Part shown: positions 38,924 to 49,079 of the stretch, in pieces
How the letters are laid out: each line of letters opens with the position of its first letter
Position numbering within the stretch: the stretch's first letter is position 1
The notes under the pieces: generated by a model
Database searches by the model: none
The model's input: the letters and a program-made list of their open reading frames with translations, nothing else
Told to the model about the DNA's origin: nothing
Made by a program: the position numbers and the translations under genes
Assembly: GCA_964384105.1 (NCBI GenBank)
Contig: CAYLJV010000002.1
Span: forward strand, 648-64,647
Source: Candidatus Hadarchaeota archaeon
GTDB lineage: Archaea; Hadarchaeota; Hadarchaeia; Hadarchaeales; JAGGTB01
Direction: 5' to 3'
Length of the DNA stretch: 64,000 bases

Positions 38924-39805
38924 TCAGATAACTCCCAGCAACTCGCCGACTTTACTCAGAGACTCATCATCGACATCGAAATCCCATTCTTCAACCAGAA
39001 TTTCTTCTAGAATATCCATGTCTTCTTCACTGGGGTCAATGGCGGAAATAAATCGTTTGTATATGTCCGGAGTGACGTTGTAAACGTGGATGAGATCATC
39101 AATACCATACTCCATCTTCTTTACATCCCTAGGCGTGGCCATGCACTTCTGTGCCATCAGGGGACAGGTTATAGAATCTCTCTGAATTGAAAATTCGAAG
39201 AACTTCTGGCACATGGGGCAGTAATACTTGCCCATCGGACTATCGCCAAGTATAGAAACCTCGTCAAATTCTATCTCCTGAGAAACACCTAACCTTTCAG
39301 CCAGCTTGGGAACCGCCTTCTTGAGTATAGAAAAAAGTTTTCCGCTCTCCCAAATTTTCTCGGAGTCGGTCACGACAAACCGAACCTTCTCCTCGTTCAC
39401 CCTCTGAGCAGTCTCACATCCGCTGGCTATTATTATGAAACTCTTCAGGGTCTGGAGCGGTTGCTCTCTGTACTGAACGTTCCAATCTTCCAAAAAGTCC
39501 AGATATATATCCACCCACTCATCTGCAATCTCCTCCAGATTACCACCGATCAACTCCGACGCCAAACTCTGTGGAATCTTGGGATAAAAAAGACCGAACT
39601 TCTCTAGAGCTTCAGTAGATTCGGGAGAAATGACCTCGATCGGGATAGGTGTATTCAGACATACTTTCGTCATGTAAGGACAGACCGGCTCATCAAGTTC
39701 GAAAAGCTTCTTACAAGTCACGCACCAGTATCTTCCCGAAGGGGACTCGCTACCTTCGGGTAGGGATTTTACTTTCTCGATTATCTTCTCTCTAGTTTTA
39801 AACAT
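38924..39805 (-). CDS. Hypothetical protein with two internally duplicated Cys4 zinc-ribbon-like modules
   Basis: 'CVTCKKLFELDEPVCPYMTKVC' and 'CPMCQKFFEFSIQRDSITCPLMAQKC'. Strong SD GGAGGTGA upstream. Confidence 0.4.
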   Translation of the reverse strand: MFKTREKIIEKVKSLPEGSESPSGRYWCVTCKKLFELDEPVCPYMTKVCLNTPIPIEVISPESTEALEKFGLFYPKIPQSLASELIGGNLEEIADEWVDIYLDFLEDWNVQYREQPLQTLKSFIIIASGCETAQRVNEEKVRFVVTDSEKIWESGKLFSILKKAVPKLAERLGVSQEIEFDEVSILGDSPMGKYYCPMCQKFFEFSIQRDSITCPLMAQKCMATPRDVKKMEYGIDDLIHVYNVTPDIYKRFISAIDPSEEDMDILEEILVEEWDFDVDDESLSKVGELLGVI

Positions 39806-39873
39806 TCAAAAATCACCTCCCACAACAATAAACTCTCCTGATGATTTAATCAGTCCAGTCTGTTGAAGTTTTC

Positions 39874-40014
39874 CTATTTTTCACCCTTCTGAAATCTCTT
39901 CATCATTCTCTCGGGCACTTTGGCTATGGATTCCTCCATAACATCCATCAGAGCTTCATTTATCTCGATATCTATGGTTACCTTGAGATGACCCTTCTTT
40001 TCTTCTTCAGCCAT
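39874..40014 (-). CDS. Small acidic ORF (46 aa) translationally coupled to 40007..40312
   Basis: SD AAGGAGGTGA 6 nt upstream. The start ATG overlaps the upstream stop (ATGGCTGA). Below the 60-aa track cut-off. Confidence 0.25.
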   Translation of the reverse strand: MAEEEKKGHLKVTIDIEINEALMDVMEESIAKVPERMMKRFQKGEK

Positions 40015-40312
40015 TACAAATCACCTCCTTGCATCCGTTAGGGAGTTTATCCAAGATACTCGAAATGCCTCTCTGGGCCTGTTCCTCCGTCAAGGTTAGT
40101 TCAAGATCGAGAGTATAGTGGCGTTTTTCGATCCTGCCAGCCTTGACTTTAAAACCGTGTATTGAACCCTCTTCCTCCTTCCTTTCGAGTTCCTTGTTCA
40201 GGAAGTAAGCCGTGAAGACCGGAATCGTCGGTTCGAAGGCCTTGAATGGCAGTTTTTTAAATGCACGCGATAAGCGCTCGAAAACCAAAGTATCAACTCC
40301 CCCTTTGTTCAA
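40007..40312 (-). CDS. Hypothetical protein
   Basis: ORF with a TTG start, first gene of a three-gene minus-strand array. Confidence 0.3.
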   Translation of the reverse strand: MNKGGVDTLVFERLSRAFKKLPFKAFEPTIPVFTAYFLNKELERKEEEGSIHGFKVKAGRIEKRHYTLDLELTLTEEQAQRGISSILDKLPNGCKEVICNG

Positions 40313-40432
40313 AATCTATAATTACGAGATAATAAAGCTTGGCTAATTTCAGAGAGAGTCGAAAAACCAAAGAATTAAACCTCGCACACAAAATAATAAT
40401 CGGCCAGTGAAAAATAATTCTGAGAAGTCGAC

Positions 40433-41203
40433 TTGGAGAAAAATCTCATGGACATTGAAATCGAAAAACTGATAGAAATAAGCAAAAGTGCCGGAGAAAT
40501 CCTCCTCAAAAACTATCGAAAAAGCAATCAGGTAAGGATGAAGGCAGATCAAACACCGGTAACTTCGACTGACATTGAATCCGAAAATTTTCTGAGAAAG
40601 AAACTTGAAGAAATAGAGCCCTCGTTCTCTATTATCTCAGAAGAATCTCCAGACCGATTGACAGACTCCCAGTTTTCCTGGATAGTTGACCCCCTAGACG
40701 GTACCTCCAACTATGTACATGGAATCCCCGTCTTCGCGACCATGTTAGCTCTCTGTAGGAAGGGAAGACCTATCATGAGCGTAGTGCACTTTCCGGTCCA
40801 AAAAGAGACATTCCACGCCGAAAAGGGAAAGGGCACATTCCGAGGAAAAAAGAGATTAGAGGTCTCGAAAGAGGGAATAGAAGGTGGCTTCGCGGTCTTC
40901 GGATCCAAGTTTAGAAGAGACGATGCATGGAGCTGCCTGGGTAAGACAAGAAAAGTATTTTCCAGAGTAAGAGCGCTCGGGTCGGCGGCGGCTAATTTCA
41001 CAAAGGTCGCGGAAGGGGAAGCAGAAGCCTGTTTGGAGTTTGGGATATCTCCCTGGGATTTCATACCACCCGCTCTGATAGTGGAAGAAGCAGGGGGAAC
41101 CGTCACTGATCTTCAAGGCGAGGAAATAGACACGAAAACCGAAAACGTCGTGGCCACTAACGGAAAAGAGCACTCAAATTTGATAGAGATATTGAACAAA
41201 TGA
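40433..41203 (+). CDS. suhB: Inositol monophosphatase / fructose-1,6-bisphosphatase family protein
   Basis: 'WIVDPLDGTSNYVHGIP' IMPase signature. Confidence 0.75.
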   Translation: MEKNLMDIEIEKLIEISKSAGEILLKNYRKSNQVRMKADQTPVTSTDIESENFLRKKLEEIEPSFSIISEESPDRLTDSQFSWIVDPLDGTSNYVHGIPVFATMLALCRKGRPIMSVVHFPVQKETFHAEKGKGTFRGKKRLEVSKEGIEGGFAVFGSKFRRDDAWSCLGKTRKVFSRVRALGSAAANFTKVAEGEAEACLEFGISPWDFIPPALIVEEAGGTVTDLQGEEIDTKTENVVATNGKEHSNLIEILNK

Positions 41204-41283
41204 CATCCTCCAATGAAAACTGTGGCAACTTGGAAGTACCAAAGACAATCAGATTTGAAAAATCCCAAAAATCTGACTTTCGA

Positions 41284-42537
41284 TTATTCTCCTGATTTCT
41301 CCAATATCCGGCTTTCTAATAATTCGCAATAATCTCTGATTTCTGATGGGGAAAGGTTCGCGGTGACCACAGTCACTGAGACGTTCTTAACCCTCAAAGT
41401 GGCTATCCGAGTATAAGTAGAACCATCTTCAATATCTATTGCCTTCGAAGCCACTATTTCATCTCCATAGCTGCGAAAATCGGTATTCTCAACTGTGGTA
41501 TCATCATAGCTATCAAAATCATTCGACCAATGGGCGTGTGAGCGATAAAGAACATCTTGAGCGTCCTCTATCGAGGAACATACGAAGTCCATAAAGGTCG
41601 TAAGCTTGTCTTCTGTGGGATGCTCCCATAAGCGGAACGCAGCACTTTCAAAAGGAACACCATCAAATTCCGACTGTTCCTCCTCCCAGCCAGCTTCAGT
41701 ATCTTCCACAAAATCATTGGGTACGTCTTCCGCAGTGAGCAGATCGGACGCCGGGTCAAGAGAAATCAGACTTTCTGTAACTGAAAATGTGGCTGTCTCA
41801 ACAAGCTCTCCATCCAAGAAAAATCTTACTTCATAATCACCAGTAGGCCATCCTTCGTAAGGCTTAGTGTAACGGACACGACCTGGACCAGTATAAAAAT
41901 CATTAATTGGAATAGGTTCGGAAATAACTTTTTGATCGTTATCTACATAATAAAGCTCGGTTTCTATCTCAGTGTCGGGGAGTGCGTTTGATATCTCACA
42001 TGTAGCATAGAAAACCTCTGTATCAGGGTTGAACTCATTAACTACCTTCACAGGTCTTCCCTCATCGTCAAGCTCTTCAGCCATTGCTACGTCGCTGATG
42101 TTGGCTTCTTCTTCCGCTTCCACAGAAAATGTGGTCGTGTCAACATGTTCATCATTCAGGAAGAACCTTACTTCGTAATCCCCAGCTGGCCACCATCCTT
42201 GATCAGGTTCATAGCTGAAAGATAGTGAACCGGATCCTCCCTCAACATCATCGCTTATGGTGGTAAACTGTTCATTTTCATTCAAGTAGTACCATTCAGT
42301 TTTTATCTCGGTGTCCGAAGGTACGTTCGACACTTCACATGTTGCATAGATCACTTCGGTAGTAGTACTGAATTCTTCTACAACCTCCACCGGCCTGTAA
42401 TCATTATCTACTTGTTCAGCCACCGCAGTATCGCTAAGGCTAGCGGTTGAAAAATTGAAACTCCCCATTAGGGCAACAATTCCTACAATCGCAATAATTA
42501 TTACTACTACTGTTACTAACAGATGCTTTTTCTTCAT
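41284..42537 (-). CDS. Secreted or membrane-anchored protein with two tandem ~130-aa repeated domains
   Basis: N-terminal signal anchor. Repeats '..RPVEVVEEFSTTTEVIYATCEVSN..GDYEVRFFLN' and '..RPVKVVNEFNPDTEVFYATCEISN..GDYEVRFFLD'. Confidence 0.5.
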   Translation of the reverse strand: MKKKHLLVTVVVIIIAIVGIVALMGSFNFSTASLSDTAVAEQVDNDYRPVEVVEEFSTTTEVIYATCEVSNVPSDTEIKTEWYYLNENEQFTTISDDVEGGSGSLSFSYEPDQGWWPAGDYEVRFFLNDEHVDTTTFSVEAEEEANISDVAMAEELDDEGRPVKVVNEFNPDTEVFYATCEISNALPDTEIETELYYVDNDQKVISEPIPINDFYTGPGRVRYTKPYEGWPTGDYEVRFFLDGELVETATFSVTESLISLDPASDLLTAEDVPNDFVEDTEAGWEEEQSEFDGVPFESAAFRLWEHPTEDKLTTFMDFVCSSIEDAQDVLYRSHAHWSNDFDSYDDTTVENTDFRSYGDEIVASKAIDIEDGSTYTRIATLRVKNVSVTVVTANLSPSEIRDYCELLESRILEKSGE

Positions 42538-42630
42538 TTTGGCTTCGTTTCAAGTACGAAAATCGACTTAAAAATCTTTAATAAAACGAATAAGAATTCA
42601 AATTCTCATGGAAAAACGTGAAATTACCAT

Positions 42631-43791
42631 CTAGAGAGCTTCCTCGTAGATCAGCACGAGCCTCCTAGCAATTCTATCCCACCTGAACTCTCTAAGTTTC
42701 TTCTTTCCTCTCCTGCCCAGTCTTCTAATTAAGTTAGGATCATCGAGGGCGAAATTATTTCCCCAGGCAAGCGGCTGGGGATTGGGCCTTGTCTTTATGC
42801 CATCGACAAAATTGTCTATGTTCTCTCCCAAACCACCAACGTTAGAAGCAACAACCGCATTTCCGGCGGCCCACGCCTCAAACAAGACCAGACCAAATGG
42901 CTCATTCCTGCTGGGGATGCAGACAACGTCGCTGGCATTGAGAAGATCAACCTTCTCTTCCTCCGAAACATAACCAGTCATTCGAACCTTATCTGAAACC
43001 CCGAGGCCTCTGATCTTATTTTCGACGTACTCTTTCATTCCCCCTTTTCCAACCATTAAGAAATTTGTATCTTCATTATAATCCAAGATATGAGGCATAG
43101 CCTCAACCAAAACATCGGGTCCCTTCTGGTACTCCATCCTACCAAGAAACATGACCAGAGGGTCCGTCTCATCGAACCCGTACTCCTCCTTTATAGTACC
43201 AGGATCAATATCCTTCTCAAGATTTTGGGCAAAGCTTCCATTGGGAACCACGTGAACTTTTTCCGAGGGGAATTCATAGAGACTCTCCAACTCCTGCTTC
43301 ATGGCTCCCGAAACGGTAACGACCTTGTCTGCGACAGAACCCGCCAACTTTTCCTTCTCAACTATATTCTTCGAAATGTCGCTAACTATCTCCCCGACTC
43401 TGCCATGCTCCGTTGAGTGAAAACTCATGATAGTCGGGTGCTCCTTGAGCCTTTCCAAAGCATCTACTACCATCCAGTCGTGACCATGAATAACGTCAAA
43501 TCTTCCGTGTTTTCGCTCCTCTCTTTTCAAGTACTCTACCAACGACTTGCACATTTTCTCCGAATGATCAAGTATACCCTCGCCGTGATCAAACTTGCAT
43601 CTATGATAACAGACCCCATCGACCTCTTCGTACTCGGATTGATCGGTATCGGCCCTCGTAAAAACGTGGACCTCATGACTGTTTTCCGCAAGTCCCTCGG
43701 ACATACCAGTAACGGCCTGAGCAAGCCCCCCTACTTTTATCGAGTGTAGGGACTCCCAAGATAGCATTCCAATTTTCAGAGTTTCAACCAA
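42631..43791 (-). CDS. Glycosyltransferase family 4
   Basis: 'VGGLAQAVTGMSEGLAENSHEVHVFT' and 'IPSRNEPFGLVLFEAWAAGNAVVASNVGGLGE'. Confidence 0.65.
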   Translation of the reverse strand: MVETLKIGMLSWESLHSIKVGGLAQAVTGMSEGLAENSHEVHVFTRADTDQSEYEEVDGVCYHRCKFDHGEGILDHSEKMCKSLVEYLKREERKHGRFDVIHGHDWMVVDALERLKEHPTIMSFHSTEHGRVGEIVSDISKNIVEKEKLAGSVADKVVTVSGAMKQELESLYEFPSEKVHVVPNGSFAQNLEKDIDPGTIKEEYGFDETDPLVMFLGRMEYQKGPDVLVEAMPHILDYNEDTNFLMVGKGGMKEYVENKIRGLGVSDKVRMTGYVSEEEKVDLLNASDVVCIPSRNEPFGLVLFEAWAAGNAVVASNVGGLGENIDNFVDGIKTRPNPQPLAWGNNFALDDPNLIRRLGRRGKKKLREFRWDRIARRLVLIYEEAL

Positions 43792-43880
43792 ATTAATTCC
43801 CTCTTAATATTATTCTCATCTAATTCTAATAACCGATAGGGAAGAAAGAAAATCTTTTGAAAACTCCCTATTAAGAAAAA

Positions 43881-44363
43881 TTAATCTTTTTGATCTTCCC
43901 AGAAAGCCCTTACTACATCATCTCTCGTAACGAGGCCAAGTAGCTTTTTGTTCTCGTCGACAACTGGAACTCTGTTTATCTCATGTTTGTTCATTATCCT
44001 CGCGATCTCACCAAGTCCAGTCTTCGGAGAGGCCGTGAAAACTTTCTTGGTCATCACGTTTTCGACCTTCTTGTTTCTTATCTCCTTGACTGCTTCAACT
44101 ACATTCTTGAGATCGTAATCGTCAACCGCTAGGTCCAACGTCAGTGGTAAATGATGTCTCAGTGGCGCCATCATATTCGGATGTTTCTCTCCAAGCTTTA
44201 TGATATCGTGCTCGCTGATGATACCCACGACCTTCCCATTCTCATCCACTACCGGTGCACCACTTATACCATGCTCTGAGAAAGTTTTGGAAACCTTAAA
44301 AAGTTCGTCATCTGGTCTGAAGGTCACGACATTCCGGATCATAATCTCTTCTGCCACTGGCAT
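43881..44363 (-). CDS. CBS-domain pair protein
   Basis: Two CBS motifs ('GISGAPVVDENGKVVGIISEHDI', 'INRVPVVDENKKLLGLVTRDDV'). Confidence 0.7.
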   Translation of the reverse strand: MPVAEEIMIRNVVTFRPDDELFKVSKTFSEHGISGAPVVDENGKVVGIISEHDIIKLGEKHPNMMAPLRHHLPLTLDLAVDDYDLKNVVEAVKEIRNKKVENVMTKKVFTASPKTGLGEIARIMNKHEINRVPVVDENKKLLGLVTRDDVVRAFWEDQKD

Positions 44364-44839
44364 TAGGTGCCACTCTCCATTATAGCTCTGATGACATCTG
44401 CACGAGCGACTATCCCCACTAACATTCCATCATCATTTACTACTGGGATATGATTCACCTTTTTGAGTTCCATAGCCTCCGAAGCCACAGAAGCTTCATC
44501 TTCCGGATGGACAACAACAACATCTTTGGTCATTACATCCTTCACTTTTCCTTCTTGAACCTCCTTTAGGAATTCGCCGGCTTCTTTCATGTCTTTCTCG
44601 AAAGCCCATCTATCCCCATATCCAGGAAACCAAGTAAGAAGCTCCGTACTCAATTCATCGTGATATTCAAGTACATCGAGCAAATCTGACTCGGAAACTA
44701 TACCTAAAAGTGTCCCCTCGTCATCGACAACAGGACCGGCACTGATTTTGTTTTCCACAAAAGTTCTAGCCACAGAAGCGAGAGAATCATCAGGTTTGAA
44801 ACTGATCACATCTTTAGTCATAATGTCTTTAACTAGCAA
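44363..44839 (-). CDS. CBS-domain pair protein
   Basis: Two CBS motifs. Tandem with 43881..44363 (1-nt overlap). Confidence 0.7.
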   Translation of the reverse strand: MLVKDIMTKDVISFKPDDSLASVARTFVENKISAGPVVDDEGTLLGIVSESDLLDVLEYHDELSTELLTWFPGYGDRWAFEKDMKEAGEFLKEVQEGKVKDVMTKDVVVVHPEDEASVASEAMELKKVNHIPVVNDDGMLVGIVARADVIRAIMESGT

Positions 44840-44974
44840 AAAATTCCCCAGTACTAATTCGTTGCAATAGTCCTAAAAAGATTTTGAAACAAATCAGAAC
44901 TAAACGGCTTTCGGTAATAAGAATTAAAAAACTTAAAGTTTATCTCATTGGCCTTAAACTCTGAAAACCGAATT

Positions 44975-45412
44975 TTACTCCTTAACGTATCTGATTCCTT
45001 CCGGTTCACTATACTTCATTTTGATAACAATAGTATTCGAAAGTCTATTAAACAATCTTAGTTTCTCACCCGACATAGCTAGCCAACCGACTAAACAATC
45101 TATTGGAAGTATGAATGCCTTTCCAAAGCTTTCTACAGCAGCCTTCTCAAGATCTATTTCATCACCTTTTCTGTCCGTCACCTTCAGGTTCAGTGCCATT
45201 TTACCTATGGACTGGCCGGTATAACCCTCGAGAAGGGTCCAATAAATAAACAGAACAACTCCGTCGATACCAAAACTCCACAAATTTGGTATACCAAAGC
45301 TCCAGAAGCTCAATGGTTTCAAAAATAAATTCAAAACAGCAGCAACGATAATAACATCAATGAGCCAAGCCCAAAATCTACTGTCCCAAGAAGCTAAGTT
45401 AACAGTCCTCAT
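44975..45412 (-). CDS. Small membrane protein, possibly RDD family
   Basis: Three hydrophobic helices and conserved R/D positions. Weak evidence. Confidence 0.3.
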   Translation of the reverse strand: MRTVNLASWDSRFWAWLIDVIIVAAVLNLFLKPLSFWSFGIPNLWSFGIDGVVLFIYWTLLEGYTGQSIGKMALNLKVTDRKGDEIDLEKAAVESFGKAFILPIDCLVGWLAMSGEKLRLFNRLSNTIVIKMKYSEPEGIRYVKE

Positions 45413-45721
45413 TGTAAAACCCGTATAGTGATCGATGGAATACCCTAAAATTCTTCCTAACTTTAATATGCATCAATTATAATCTCTGCTCTACCAGCTC
45501 GAAATACTTCAAAAAGAATTTCAAAAGCTTGAATATTCACTTAACCCACAATTTTTCTAATAACGGTGTTATTCATTAATAAAGAATGTTTTTAAAATAC
45601 TTATCCGATAACTTGAAAGAACTAAGAGGGATTAAAAATAGGAGAGAAAGTTAGTAAATCTGTTTCAGAAATAAATGAACGCATAAAGAACGGCGAGGCG
45701 GTAGTAGTAACCGCCGAAGAG

Positions 45722-47143
45722 ATGGTCGAGATAGTAAGAGAGAAAGGAGAGGCTCAAGCGGCAAAGGACGTGGACGTCGTAACTACCGGCACTTTCGGAG
45801 CGATGTGCAGCTCTGGTGCTTGGCTTAATCTGGGTCATGCAGATCCACCAATCAAACTTAATCAGCTCTGGCTAAATGATGTGGAAGCTTATACCGGAGT
45901 CGCTGCAGTGGACGCATACATCGGTGCCACCAAGCTCAGCGAAGAGAAAGGCCTTGATTACGGAGGAGGAAACGTCATAGAAGATATAGTTCGAGGAAAA
46001 GAAATTGAAGTTAAAGGGAAGGGTTTCGTAACCGACTGCTATCCTCGAAGAAATATAAAAACAACTTTAACTAAGAACGATTTCAATCAAGCAATTCTCC
46101 ATAACCCGCGAAATGCCTACCAAAAATACAATGCCGCATCAAATTCTCAAGAGGAGGCTATTTACACTTACATGGGAACTCTCTTACCCAACTATAGTAA
46201 CATCACTTTCTCTGGATCTGGGGTATTAAGTCCCCTTAATAACGATCCTAATTACGAAACAATCGGGCCCGGAACGAGGATATTCCTTGGAGGTACCCAA
46301 GGCTACGTATGCTGGGAAGGAACACAACATAATCCAACCCAAGGATTTGGAACTATAGCAGTCCAAGGAAACCTCAAAGAAATGAACTCCGATTATATCC
46401 GAGGAGCAAATATCAGAGGATATGGAGTCTCACTCTACGTGGGAATTGGAATTCCAATTCCTGTCCTAAATGAAAGGATCGCCAGAACCACAGGTATCGG
46501 AGATGAAGATATAATAACAGAAATCGTGGATTACGGTATCCCCAGCAGAAATAGACCCGGTCTCAAAAAAGTATCCTATGCCGAGCTGAAATCCGGGAGT
46601 GTAGAACTCGAAGGAGAAGAAAGGCCCGTTAGCCCTCTAAGTAGTATAAAACGAGCTAGAGAGATTTCGGAGAAGTTAAAAAAATGGATCAAAAAAGGCG
46701 ATTTCCTAATTTCCACCCCCAACGAGAGACTATCCAGAAAAAGAAGGTTCAAGCCGATGAAACAGACCTCAAAAATGCCAACTGCAAAGAATTTGATGAC
46801 CAAAGAAGTCATAACTGGAAGACCCGAAGACTCCATAAAACATGCAGCTAGAATTCTCGCTGAGAAAGGAATAGATCACCTCCCAGTTGTAGATGAACAA
46901 AAGAAACTAGTAGGAATAGTTACGTCTTGGGATATCGCAGTTGCCGTAGGTAAAGGAAAGAAGAAACTCTCCGAAATATTAACTTCTGAAGTTATAACAG
47001 CAAAAGAAGACGAACCTGTGGATTCGATAGCCAGAAAACTTCAGAAACATAAGATATCAGGAGTTCCTGTAGTGAACAGTAAAAAGCAATTAAAGGGAAT
47101 GCTCTCGGGAGAGGACCTATCAAAGCTTATTGGGGAGAGATAA
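45722..47143 (+). CDS. DUF39 (COG1900) + tandem CBS protein, putative homocysteine-biosynthesis enzyme (MA1821-like). The N-terminus probably extends upstream to about 45650 with no canonical start codon
   Basis: DUF39-like N-terminal region plus two C-terminal CBS motifs. The in-frame upstream stretch 'VSEINERIKNGEAVVVTAEEM' looks like part of the conserved N-terminus, but no ATG/GTG/TTG is present there. Confidence 0.6.
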   Translation: MVEIVREKGEAQAAKDVDVVTTGTFGAMCSSGAWLNLGHADPPIKLNQLWLNDVEAYTGVAAVDAYIGATKLSEEKGLDYGGGNVIEDIVRGKEIEVKGKGFVTDCYPRRNIKTTLTKNDFNQAILHNPRNAYQKYNAASNSQEEAIYTYMGTLLPNYSNITFSGSGVLSPLNNDPNYETIGPGTRIFLGGTQGYVCWEGTQHNPTQGFGTIAVQGNLKEMNSDYIRGANIRGYGVSLYVGIGIPIPVLNERIARTTGIGDEDIITEIVDYGIPSRNRPGLKKVSYAELKSGSVELEGEERPVSPLSSIKRAREISEKLKKWIKKGDFLISTPNERLSRKRRFKPMKQTSKMPTAKNLMTKEVITGRPEDSIKHAARILAEKGIDHLPVVDEQKKLVGIVTSWDIAVAVGKGKKKLSEILTSEVITAKEDEPVDSIARKLQKHKISGVPVVNSKKQLKGMLSGEDLSKLIGER

Positions 47144-47547
47144 TGAAGAAAAAAGTTCTATTAAAATACTCTAGAAACAAAGCGGAACGACCGATACTAG
47201 CAACCGTAATTAGAAGAACCGACATCCCCCTGAACATACTCCACGCTGACCTAAGCTCCGAAGGTGGAGAGATATTTATTGAAATGGATGGTCCAGAGGA
47301 AAATGTAGAGAAGGCTATAGAACTTCTAAGAGACAGCGGAGTAGAAGTTAAAGAGGTCAAACACGCCATCAGCCTCGACGAAGAATCTTGTGTTGAATGC
47401 GGTGCCTGCATCTCCCTCTGCCCAACAGAAGCTCTAAGACTCGAGGATGATTACTCGATAGTACTAGAAGAAGATAAGTGCGTTTACTGCAAGGAATGCG
47501 TACCCGCCTGCCCCGTCAAGGCCCTGAAAGTAAAGGATCTAGGCTGA
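47143..47547 (+). CDS. NIL-domain / 2x[4Fe-4S] ferredoxin protein (MA1822-like partner of the DUF39 protein)
   Basis: 'CVECGACISLCP' and 'CVYCKECVPACP' ferredoxin motifs. 1-nt overlap with the upstream gene. Confidence 0.65.
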   Translation: MKKKVLLKYSRNKAERPILATVIRRTDIPLNILHADLSSEGGEIFIEMDGPEENVEKAIELLRDSGVEVKEVKHAISLDEESCVECGACISLCPTEALRLEDDYSIVLEEDKCVYCKECVPACPVKALKVKDLG

Positions 47548-47553
47548 CCGAAA

Positions 47554-48312
47554 ATGCAGGAGAAAGAGTGGTCATACAAAGAAACTTTATTAAGAATCAA
47601 ATCCGACAGCGAGAGATCGATTCAAGAAGCTATCAAAGCAACAATCGAAGCTAGAAAACATTTAGGGGTATTTATTTCAGAATTCCCAGAATTTAGAACC
47701 TCTTTAGAACCCCTGAATATGGAAAGGGAAGAATACCCAAAAATAATAGATTTAATGCTGAGAGCAGGAGAAATAGCCGAAATAGGACCCTTCGCTGCAG
47801 TTGCTGGAACGATTTCGCAGATAGCAGCTGAAAAGGGGATTCAAAAAGGCGCAGATAATATTCTAGTCGATAACGGCGGAGACATAGCACTAATAGGAAA
47901 AAAAGCATTTAAGGTGGGAATTTACGCAGGAGATTCCAAAATATCTGGTAGATTACTACTATCAATAAAAGGCGAAGAACTTCCCGCGGGAATATGCACA
48001 AGTTCGAGTTCAGTAGGACATTCGATGAGTTTTGGAAATGCCGATGCAGTAGTTGTGATTTCGGATGAAGCCTCGATCTCTGACGCTGGTGCAACAAGCA
48101 TAGCAAACGAAGTTACAGGAAAGAAAGTAGAATTTTCTGTAAAAAAAGGGTTAGATAGAGCCGATGACATCCCAGAGATAAGAGGATGCCTAATTATTAG
48201 AGGGGATTATGTAGGAACTGTGGGAAAACTACCCAATATAAATCTGCTAGACGGTGAAGAAAAAGCTGAACCACCAGAGCTAACCGGCTCAAATAGAACT
48301 CTAGTCAGATAA
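47554..48312 (+). CDS. Conserved protein, possibly UPF0280 / COG2122 (ApbE-like) often linked to COG1900 sulfur-incorporation genes
   Basis: Gene order with the DUF39/NIL pair. The family assignment is from memory of sequence character only. Confidence 0.35.
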   Translation: MQEKEWSYKETLLRIKSDSERSIQEAIKATIEARKHLGVFISEFPEFRTSLEPLNMEREEYPKIIDLMLRAGEIAEIGPFAAVAGTISQIAAEKGIQKGADNILVDNGGDIALIGKKAFKVGIYAGDSKISGRLLLSIKGEELPAGICTSSSSVGHSMSFGNADAVVVISDEASISDAGATSIANEVTGKKVEFSVKKGLDRADDIPEIRGCLIIRGDYVGTVGKLPNINLLDGEEKAEPPELTGSNRTLVR

Positions 48313-48333
48313 TATCCTTTTATCTCCTCAAAA

Positions 48334-48978
48334 TCAGAAACCGAAACCAGTGAACCTTCCTTTACCCCTCAGAATATCCAAAAAAATGCCACTTTTAATC
48401 TCTCTGGAAACTTCCCTAACTTCGTAGCTCACATTATCCAAAAAGTTGACTTCTTTTTCGTATCCCTCAGTAGACTCTTCTACGTACCTCTCCTCTGTAA
48501 CTGTTTTAACAGGAGGATCTACGTAGACATCTTCCCAACCGTAAAAGTTAGCATCGGAAACTCCCACATCGGAAGGAGTAAGGTAAAGATACTCAGTACT
48601 ATCTCTCTCTACATATATCGAGGTCCCGTAATTATCTTCATTTAATCCACCGCCAGTCATATAATTGTAATCTACTTGAATATCGAAAGTCCCTTCATTC
48701 CATTCCTCCAGGTTAGAAACCCATATCTCTATATCTCCCCCTATATCTCCTGTTCTATCGGACTCCATCTCGTAATCGAACGGCTTTTCATATCGAAATT
48801 CAACCATTTTTCCTACAAAAGGACTAGGAAAAGAAACGGTCCTCTCTACGAGCACTTCATCTGTTACGGTGCGGTTATTTATCGTCACGGTTTCGTAAGT
48901 TACCGGTAACATTACGAAGATAGCGCCTATTATAACAGGAATTAATACGCCTATAGCAAGAGATTTGGCCTCAACCAT
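48334..48978 (-). CDS. Hypothetical membrane-anchored protein (N-terminal TM)
   Basis: N-terminal hydrophobic helix, then an acidic and Tyr-rich domain. Confidence 0.35.
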   Translation of the reverse strand: MVEAKSLAIGVLIPVIIGAIFVMLPVTYETVTINNRTVTDEVLVERTVSFPSPFVGKMVEFRYEKPFDYEMESDRTGDIGGDIEIWVSNLEEWNEGTFDIQVDYNYMTGGGLNEDNYGTSIYVERDSTEYLYLTPSDVGVSDANFYGWEDVYVDPPVKTVTEERYVEESTEGYEKEVNFLDNVSYEVREVSREIKSGIFLDILRGKGRFTGFGF

Positions 48979-49079
48979 TAGATCACTGTAGTTAGTAAGG
49001 TGTTTTTAGTAAATAAATTCCTAAGAAAAAACCTAATTTCGAAAATTTTTCATGTCCTGCTTTTTAAGTGAATTAATCT

